Source of the DNA: Candidatus Aegiribacteria sp.
Lineage (GTDB): Bacteria > Fermentibacterota > Fermentibacteria > Fermentibacterales > JCC-6
Reading direction: 5' to 3'
DNA length: 64,000 nucleotides
Assembly (NCBI GenBank): GCA_021108435.1
Contig: JAIOQY010000032.1
Location: 1,890-65,889 of the forward strand
Within the stretch, counting starts at the first letter, position 1. Each line of letters begins with the position of its first letter. Position numbers and translations under genes: made by a program. Below are positions 58,901-64,000 of the stretch, piece by piece. The notes beneath the pieces were generated by a model, which was given only the letters and a program-made list of their open reading frames with translations, searched no databases and had not been told where the DNA came from.

Positions 58901-60491
58901 CAATGGAGGGTATGGAGGCACAAGATGGACTGAATGGCCGGAGAGTCACTCGTCGGCGATTCCTGTTTTCATGGATGGAGAGAATTTCCGGAACTATGCA
59001 AATGGATTCAACTGCCGTGCTCTTCCAGCTCCATTCCGTTCTGAACCGGGCGATACATGTTTTGTTGTTCTGGACAACAGAAACAATCTGTTCACATGGC
59101 GAAGATTCTCCGGAATGGAAACTTACCGCGCACTTTCGAGTGATCTGCCTCCCGTCGATACAGCCTGGCTCAATGCTCCGGTGCCCATTCGCATTCCAGG
59201 TGTTTCTCCTGTTCCCGAATATGCTTTCTCCGATAGCTCCAGCGGTCAGAACTGGATCAAATTGTTTTCGGAAGTCCAGATAGAACAGGATGACCCTGAT
59301 GATCCTCTTTCCGCGGGATGGATCCTGGGACCATTCCGATTACCTGCGAACGAGAGAAGCCTTTCAATCGGAACAACAGGAATAACTCCTGATCTGGATA
59401 TGGATCTGTTTCTCTTCAAGGATCAGAACAGTAACAGGCTGGTAGATGGAATGTCCGAGGTTGCTGAAAGCTCCTCTTCTCCCACGTCCAATGAGAATAT
59501 CTTTATTCCCGATCCGGATACTTCAGCAGTATACTGGATCTACATGCAGGGCTGGCAGGTGCCTGATGAGACGGGAAAAGTCGATCTGGGACTTGCATTT
59601 GAGCCGGAAATGCTTCGAATCCACTCACTCGAACCCTCAGGCTGTCTTGATTCGATTCCTGAGCGCTTCAGCTTTGAGATTGAGCCTGAAATGATGGAGA
59701 ACGAGCGAATGCTGGTTCTGTTTGGCGAAGCTTCAGTTATTCCAAGGCTAGTTAATGAGAAATTGGTTTTTGACAGACCGTCTCAATGCAGTAAATCCGA
59801 AATTCCTGAATTATCGATTCTTGACGAAAACGGAGAATTAATTGAAAGAGTATTCTGGACCGTGCAGACAGACAGTACTCCACCTGTAATCAGCGAGTAT
59901 TCGGTAAGTATGGATTCAACATTGATGTTTGCTCATATAACTGTAAAATGTATAGATGAAGATACGGGAATTCTAAACGCAACCCTTTCCGCAGAGGGGC
60001 TTGACGATGCTGTACTTATTATGGGCGAGGACTCAATCTGGACAGTCGATCTGAATCTAACTCAGGTTTCAGCGCAGCCTGTCGCGATCATACTGAGTTT
60101 TGAGGATATGGCCGGGAATGAAAAGGTTAGCGAGCCTTACATTATTACTGTTCCGGAAAGACCTCTGGCACTGTTTCATTCAGAGTATCCCGGAGGCACA
60201 ACATACGATCATAGACCGATATTACAGATTTGCGTTGATTTCTCGGATAGTATATTGACCTGGGAAGCTCGAGCTGAACTTTCTGACAGTTCCGGTGATG
60301 TCATGTATGTACTGTCGCCTCTTGCAATGTATGAAGATCTGGTTCAGTTCAGGCCACCATCATATCTTGATGATGGCGAATACAGCATATCCATAACTTT
60401 TCTTTCCTGTGACGGAGAGGAACTTGCTGGATATTCATGGAGTTTTACCGTTGACAGGATGGATACTCCCGAAACAGGTTTGGAACGTTAG
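55977..60491 (+). CDS. giant secreted FG-GAP/VCBS-repeat protein with transglutaminase-like core
   Basis: ORF 55938..60491. I moved the start to ATG 55977, with AAGGAGAG 8 nt upstream. Signal peptide MQVISHFLLIFLVFINSSAQ. FG-GAP repeats (DINNDGLADTAL, DMEGDGLADLIAG, DFNSDGVDELIIG). Transglutaminase core GYGSCGEQS...GEDHQWNH...HWD at about 58173-58330. Confidence 0.8.
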   Translation: MQVISHFLLIFLVFINSSAQILDETDSIDIPPGGYAWSIYNDTSVSQVFTTVSTFAPGPWPGIDDQQLREFLTEPALEALDLADEWLIHDLLVKFADLLFEPVDVSSPVQPAFADVNSDASSDLILTDDDGDIHAYVAPNWEEFQSPIEEFDFQVLCDINNDGLADTALISSDGTLTIESGGLPFLTASGFDFSAVTGVALSDMEGDGLADLIAGTESGKVLVFRNRGTVETPVFLPFSSESELFFPMNPGAFTIPEIYSVDDTTMCLAAGTQQSGLKLYRLNIDSQVYADEWVEIESVLSSEKLQNISPVVICLDGETKLICCSRYGALYEVISDPDSLQMLSLPPVPGTYPSLAYGCLNGDLEPDLVAGTMEGDVFMLRGYRNGWFEGSWERIPDFPAISSGTPAFFEDGIIFGSKDGDIRYYVRTEEETWTDVTDISPFRGIDVGEYSSPCTADFNSDGVDELIIGNSSGNLTCFELDENACNGEPFFIEKHSFRFAPNRAVSELNRYYSRYFSPYSLLRTPSDSMIVNAFAREVIEADPLIRDEIAYCVANTPTEILREMYENGDSDIFSNNALQLYSLANELEYVRLTESTDGTICELLIDSGWVTIKRENYYRFVVHPRILFEVPGRIDADYWLTDADSLELTMEEWLRHEPDSLFGESENHVFWRETIPSDHSHGPVLIQSMRKARTYEEAVLRICNYLAWSQPNGIMTFGYLTNDLQPMVIYRKGYGSCGEQSILQTALCRAFFIPAYVVGCRGEDHQWNHYLNPSDGRWNHWDINYGIRGIGHVWVSGEGNAHSRKTISAITAFGPEDTVWPVTRSVAVPEGSGYMPGDSGYTATAHVEVMVSDARGTPVEGAMVLMRSHWDRANMVSIFNYTNEMGKCSFELGWEPYGGYTLDIVTPYGVTGCSNISFSEGKDYTLEYSVPGTIPDMQEILLPENAPSDGIHASAVLYPVSYYTGTLYSLDNEEDNGGYGGTRWTEWPESHSSAIPVFMDGENFRNYANGFNCRALPAPFRSEPGDTCFVVLDNRNNLFTWRRFSGMETYRALSSDLPPVDTAWLNAPVPIRIPGVSPVPEYAFSDSSSGQNWIKLFSEVQIEQDDPDDPLSAGWILGPFRLPANERSLSIGTTGITPDLDMDLFLFKDQNSNRLVDGMSEVAESSSSPTSNENIFIPDPDTSAVYWIYMQGWQVPDETGKVDLGLAFEPEMLRIHSLEPSGCLDSIPERFSFEIEPEMMENERMLVLFGEASVIPRLVNEKLVFDRPSQCSKSEIPELSILDENGELIERVFWTVQTDSTPPVISEYSVSMDSTLMFAHITVKCIDEDTGILNATLSAEGLDDAVLIMGEDSIWTVDLNLTQVSAQPVAIILSFEDMAGNEKVSEPYIITVPERPLALFHSEYPGGTTYDHRPILQICVDFSDSILTWEARAELSDSSGDVMYVLSPLAMYEDLVQFRPPSYLDDGEYSISITFLSCDGEELAGYSWSFTVDRMDTPETGLER

Positions 60492-60498
60492 GTTCGGA

Positions 60499-60575
60499 TG
60501 GTGGGCGAAGAGGGACTTGAACCCCCGACATCCTGCTTGTAAGGCAGGCACTCTAGCCAGCTGAGTTATTCGCCC
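60499..60575 (-). tRNA. tRNA-Val (anticodon TAC), CCA encoded
   Basis: I folded it by hand as a cloverleaf. Acceptor GGGCGAA/TTCGCCC, D stem ACTC/GAGT, anticodon stem CCTGC/GCAGG with loop CTTACAA, T arm GGGGG-TTCAAGT-CCCTC, then A-CCA. 77 nt. Confidence 0.9.
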
Positions 60576-60686
60576 ACGAAACTGATGGTTGTTGCTTTCG
60601 CGACCGGAGAGCATATATGATTTGACAGATGTTGTCTGTCAAGAACGTTGAGGTTCTGAGTTATCGAATGAACGGAGAATAACCGG

Positions 60687-62474
60687 GTGGACAAAAAGAA
60701 CACAGATCAATGCGAGTGCCCGGGCAGTATTATCCCTGCAGCAAGAAGATCGGACATCTATAAAAAACTGCTTGCTCTGAAAAAAACATATAACACTAAA
60801 GTTATCATTGATCAGAAGGATGGTGATGACCTGGTTCTGGTCGGCGTTGCCGCAATAGACTGGCCCGGTCTCGCTACAATTGTGCTCAGCGAACTTCATC
60901 ATTCCGGTTGGAATCTGGACCTTCTCGAGGGCTTTGCGTTAAGGAGTGAAGGGCTTCGAAGAGGATATGTGATTACGGGAATTCGGGATGAAAATTCAGA
61001 GAGAAGAAATAGATTTGCCGCAGATGCAATGAGAATGGCTGATCTTTTAGCCAGACTGGCTCAGGGACGGGCTGGAACAGTGTCACTGCTGTCCAGAGCA
61101 GCTGAACGACTGGAGAAGTTCGAGGAAGTAAGGGCTGCACTGGAAGGTCTCTATGGTGATGAAGGGATTCCTTCAGGTATTCTAGGCGAGAAAGGTGAAC
61201 TGGTTCTGTTCATCTCTTCCAGGTCTGACGAATACCTTGCGGAGAGAAACGCTCTGGACCTGGCCTGGATCATCAGATCGAATTTTCAACTGGTTAATCA
61301 GGTCCGAATCAGCGGTGGTAAAGCCCAGTTTCGGATAAAGAATCTAAATACAACGAGGGAACACCTTACAGGGATAAATATCACGGGATTCGAAAGAGAT
61401 ATCTCCTTTCAGAACTGTGTTACCGCTCTCACACATGCGTGGTTTGGTGCTTCTATCCGCCACCAGAGAAGATATACAACAAGGGACGGAATAATATCCA
61501 TTCGGATTGAAATGACTGGTCCCACCGGATTAAGCGCAACCAGAGAAGAACAGATAATTATTAGAAGGACCCTCAAAAAGCTTCTTGTTGCTCATGAACT
61601 TGAAAGGTTGAACCGGATACATCGATACGGAGGCGGAGAGCACTATGCGAGAGCCTTGATTCCGCTTCTGCTAAAAGAGTGCGAGAATGCGGATATGAAC
61701 CAGGCTTACCTGGCAGTCGTCTCCTCAACAACTTTTCAGGCACAGCTGAAGCTTGTTCTTGTCTCGAAACAGTCTGATAATGAGAAGCATGATGTAAAAA
61801 TCATTCAACTTGTCGGCTCAATAAATGAAGTTGACGGTCTTTCAGTTGTCTCCTTCAGATCTCCTTCAAATTACCGTGAGATCTGGGTAGATATCATTGA
61901 CATTACTGTTGAGCGTGAAGCTTTCATGGAAATGGAGGACGCATATCGGGACGTTAAACTGGCCATAGAAGCCAGTTTCGGTCAGTTCAGGGATTTTGAT
62001 CGGGGAATGCGGCTAAATGATGTAAGACAGTTGATGGAGATCCGGGAGATGATTCAGGATATTCCTGATCACCTCATCACAGATTTTTACTATCATATCG
62101 AGGATTTTCTCAGATCAAGCATGTCAGTCGATGAATTGGCACTTCATATTCGGCTGATCTACGTATCTATCTCATCTTATCTTGAATTCCGAAACAACAT
62201 TGAAAACCCTTCTTCCCTGGACGTGTTCCTTGGCAAGCGGAAGATTGCGACACTGATATGCTGCGTATCTGAGGTTCATACAGTTTCCTTTCAGCATCTA
62301 CTTGAAGCAGTAAAGGATTACACTGTGAATGTAAGCATAATAGAGTGGTCCGGAGTTTCAGCATTACTCCTCAGGATTCAGAAAGACGAGAAGGGCTTGA
62401 ATAAGGAGGATCTCGCTGAAGTATTGAGCAGATTGAAAGTCCTCTGTAATTCTCAACAACCTGACTCTTCTTGA
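60687..62474 (+). CDS. hypothetical protein with several ACT-like repeats (tentative)
   Basis: 595-aa ORF with a GTG start. Four blocks resemble ACT/regulatory beta-alpha-beta-beta-alpha-beta units, for example LVLVGVAAIDWPGLATIVLSELHHSGWNLD and IATLICCVSEVHTVSFQHLLEAVKDYTVNV. No catalytic domain recognised. Confidence 0.55.
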   Translation: MDKKNTDQCECPGSIIPAARRSDIYKKLLALKKTYNTKVIIDQKDGDDLVLVGVAAIDWPGLATIVLSELHHSGWNLDLLEGFALRSEGLRRGYVITGIRDENSERRNRFAADAMRMADLLARLAQGRAGTVSLLSRAAERLEKFEEVRAALEGLYGDEGIPSGILGEKGELVLFISSRSDEYLAERNALDLAWIIRSNFQLVNQVRISGGKAQFRIKNLNTTREHLTGINITGFERDISFQNCVTALTHAWFGASIRHQRRYTTRDGIISIRIEMTGPTGLSATREEQIIIRRTLKKLLVAHELERLNRIHRYGGGEHYARALIPLLLKECENADMNQAYLAVVSSTTFQAQLKLVLVSKQSDNEKHDVKIIQLVGSINEVDGLSVVSFRSPSNYREIWVDIIDITVEREAFMEMEDAYRDVKLAIEASFGQFRDFDRGMRLNDVRQLMEIREMIQDIPDHLITDFYYHIEDFLRSSMSVDELALHIRLIYVSISSYLEFRNNIENPSSLDVFLGKRKIATLICCVSEVHTVSFQHLLEAVKDYTVNVSIIEWSGVSALLLRIQKDEKGLNKEDLAEVLSRLKVLCNSQQPDSS

Positions 62475-62509
62475 CATATGGCAGCAGTATTTCTATTGTT
62501 CCCGTCCCT

Positions 62510-62586
62510 GGCGGCGTAGCTCAGCTGGCTAGAGCAGCGGAATCATAATCCGCGGGTCGGGGGTTCAAGTCCCTCCGCCGCTACCA
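62510..62586 (+). tRNA. tRNA with CAT anticodon (elongator tRNA-Met; lysidine-modified tRNA-Ile2 not excluded), CCA encoded
   Basis: Cloverleaf: acceptor GGCGGCG/CGCCGCT (G1-U72 wobble), D arm GCTC-AGCTGGCTA-GAGC, anticodon stem GCGGA/TCCGC with loop ATCATAA, T arm GGGGG-TTCAAGT-CCCTC, then A-CCA. It lacks initiator features: no 1:72 mismatch and no GGG/CCC anticodon stem. Confidence 0.88.
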
Positions 62587-62592
62587 AAAAAC

Positions 62593-62621
62593 GGGGGCAC
62601 CTTTTCGGTGTCCCCGCTTTT
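62593..62621 (+). terminator. rho-independent terminator after the tRNA
   Basis: Stem GGGGGCACC / GGTGTCCCC (9 bp with one G-U pair), loop TTTTC, followed by a GCTTTTGT U-rich tail. Confidence 0.7.
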
Positions 62622-62947
62622 GTAGTAATCGGGGACGTACCACACTTCTTCAACTTATCAGAAGAAACTGCCTTATCAGTGCATAATCTGAGATTGCATA
62701 TTTACAGTAATGGCAGCAGGTCGTGCTGCATTACTTCAACTTACGAGAACACTGCTCTCATTTCATCATCGAATCAGCAAGCATGGTTTTATCCTGAGCG
62801 AGCGAAGCTAGTAGAAGGGAAACCGAAGGTTCTCCGAAGGAAATCCCTACCTGCCAGCCATGTAAGTGAATGCCCCCTTTTAATGAGGCTTTGTTATTCG
62901 TAATGTAAACAGTTACATTCAGTATATGAACGGAGTGTATACTGATA

Positions 62948-63106
62948 ATGAAGAATTCAGTGTTACTTCTGATAGCCTTTTGTGCCTTACTTCACGCAGA
63001 CACTCTCCTCGTTCCCTCCGAATACCCTTCCATCCAGAGTGCTATCAGCGCTGCTCAGGACGGTGATACAGTGCTTGTGTCCCCCGTGAATATGGAGGAC
63101 CAATAG
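62948..63106 (+). pseudogene. truncated N-terminal remnant of a secreted right-handed beta-helix (pectin-lyase-fold) protein
   Basis: MKNSVLLLIAFCALLHADTLLVPSEYPSIQSAISAAQDGDTVLVSP matches the usual start of such proteins (signal peptide + TIQ-AI-AA-DGDTV-V-PG-Y). It diverges after VLVSP and stops after 52 codons. Confidence 0.5.
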
Positions 63107-63164
63107 GCTTCCAGCAACAGGCTTATCTCTTAGCATACAGGTCTACAATCATCCATCGGGCGTA

Positions 63165-64000
63165 TTAAAGATATTCCTTCAACTCGTGAAGATCCATCCA
63201 ACTGATTACTCTGGTATTCCGTCTTAATCGCGCCTTCTCTCCACCATATACCAGCCATGAATCCTGATTTTCAATTCCACTGCACTTCTGCCAGAAATCC
63301 AGCCCTTTGAAAAAATCGCTGTTCAGAGTTTGACCGGATTTGATTTCAAGTGGAATCAATTCGTCTGCTTTCTCAAAGAGAACATCCACTTCGTGTCCCT
63401 TATGATCGCGCCAGAAATACAAATTTGATTGCAGCCCCATATTAAACTGCATTTTAACAAATTCACTGATAACCCAGCCTTCGAACAGATTTCCTCTGAG
63501 AGGATGAGATTCCAGCTGCTCGACTTCCCTGATATTCAAAAGCCAGGCGGCAAGTCCGGAATCGTAGAAATAGAGCTTCGGTGATTTTATTATGCGTTTG
63601 TTGAAATTACGGAAATGTGGCTGAAGCAGAAAAATCAGATAGCTTGCTTCCAGTATGGAAATCCAGGACTTCGCGGTGTTGTGCGTAATGCCGGCATCTG
63701 TTGCCAATCCGGATAGATTAAGGAGTTGCCCGGTTCTGCCGGCGCACAGGCGCACAAATCTCTGAAATGTTCTGAGATCCCTTATATTAAGCATCTGTCT
63801 AACGTCTCGCTCAATATAGGTATTCATGTAATTCGAAAACCAGGCGGATGGATTCAAATTGCGATCGTGGATAGGTGGATATAGCCCTCTGTACATTACC
63901 GGATCAAGTGCCTGGGGGTGAGAATACACCTCTCCGTACGTGAAAGGCAGCAGTTGAACAAGTGCAACTCTGCCAGCGAGAGATTGTGTTATTCCGGAGT
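63165..64000 (-). CDS. AAA ATPase with DUF4143-like C-terminal domain (N-terminal part outside window)
   Basis: The ORF track starts it at 63929 (GTG). I read further upstream in the same frame and got ...SGITQSLAGRVALVQLLPFTYGEV with no stop up to 64000. The C-terminal part (RFVRLCAGRTGQLLNLSGLATDAGITHNTAKSWISILEASYLIF..., KLYFYDSGL) is typical of the AAA_14/DUF4143 family. Confidence 0.75.
   Translation of the reverse strand, partial: SGITQSLAGRVALVQLLPFTYGEVYSHPQALDPVMYRGLYPPIHDRNLNPSAWFSNYMNTYIERDVRQMLNIRDLRTFQRFVRLCAGRTGQLLNLSGLATDAGITHNTAKSWISILEASYLIFLLQPHFRNFNKRIIKSPKLYFYDSGLAAWLLNIREVEQLESHPLRGNLFEGWVISEFVKMQFNMGLQSNLYFWRDHKGHEVDVLFEKADELIPLEIKSGQTLNSDFFKGLDFWQKCSGIENQDSWLVYGGEKARLRRNTRVISWMDLHELKEYL

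Noticed and set aside
60510-62575. 20-nt identical sequence in inverted orientation (60510-60529 and 62556-62575) flanking the ACT-like gene
   Set aside because: Both copies are the conserved T-arm (GTCGGGGGTTCAAGTCCCTC) of the two tRNA genes, which are on opposite strands. These are not terminal inverted repeats of a mobile element.
62679-62903. 74-aa ORF in the tRNA-Met downstream spacer
   Set aside because: It has no RBS, uses a GTG-type start, has a Ser/Cys/Leu-rich low-complexity translation and shows no motif. Not called as a gene.
63013-63020. Possible att-like repeat of the tRNA-Met 3' end (TCCCTCCG)
   Set aside because: It is only an 8-nt match, lies inside the gene remnant, and no integrase is visible. 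It is not distinguishable from chance.
1-64000. CRISPR arrays, rRNA, transposases, integrases, prophage or toxin-antitoxin modules
   Set aside because: By eye I found no regularly spaced direct repeats and no rRNA-like stretches. No ORF had transposase, integrase, capsid or terminase motifs. The intergenic regions are short (mostly under 340 nt) and are accounted for by promoters, tRNAs or terminators.

Overview
Bacterial chromosomal segment with about 48 protein-coding genes, 2 tRNAs and 2 clear hairpin terminators. I found no rRNA, CRISPR array, transposase, integrase or phage genes. The gene content suggests an anaerobic, amino-acid-using member of a T9SS-bearing, FCB-superphylum-like lineage. 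The evidence is T9SS-type C-terminal sorting domains on two secreted proteins, a PorY/PorX-like two-component pair, many lipoproteins, NfnAB and NuoEF-type flavin modules. Layout: 1-6.7 kb holds secreted and lipoprotein genes, a nitroreductase and a radical SAM enzyme. 6.9-24.8 kb is a glutamate/NAD(P)H redox island. It contains two glutamate dehydrogenases, each next to an uncharacterised PPDK_N-type protein, then nfnAB, a REC plus tandem-RAM regulator, and a NuoE/NuoF/(2Fe2S-GltD-NuoG-like) Bfu/Stn-type cluster whose large subunit is split by a frameshift. 24.9-35.7 kb is signalling: a 1414-aa hybrid kinase, Hpt, a REC-Cys4 regulator, and a cytoplasmic kinase with a degenerate NtrC-type ATPase. 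35.7-45.5 kb holds glnA, a channel, a GT39-like protein, an Ntn-hydrolase, an ATPase and a Tim44-like/TerB membrane protein. 45.5-53.1 kb is one tightly packed co-directional block: larA-like, porY-like, porX, tsaE, tsaB, a rimI-PNP fusion and folC. 53.2-60.5 kb holds surface proteins including a 1505-aa FG-GAP/transglutaminase protein. 60.5-64 kb holds tRNA-Val, a multi-ACT-like protein, tRNA-Met, a truncated gene remnant and a partial DUF4143-type ATPase. The best candidate for an undescribed system is the repeated GDH + PPDK_N-like pairing and its link to two different NADPH-linked bifurcating modules. All functional calls come from motif recognition by eye; no database search was possible.
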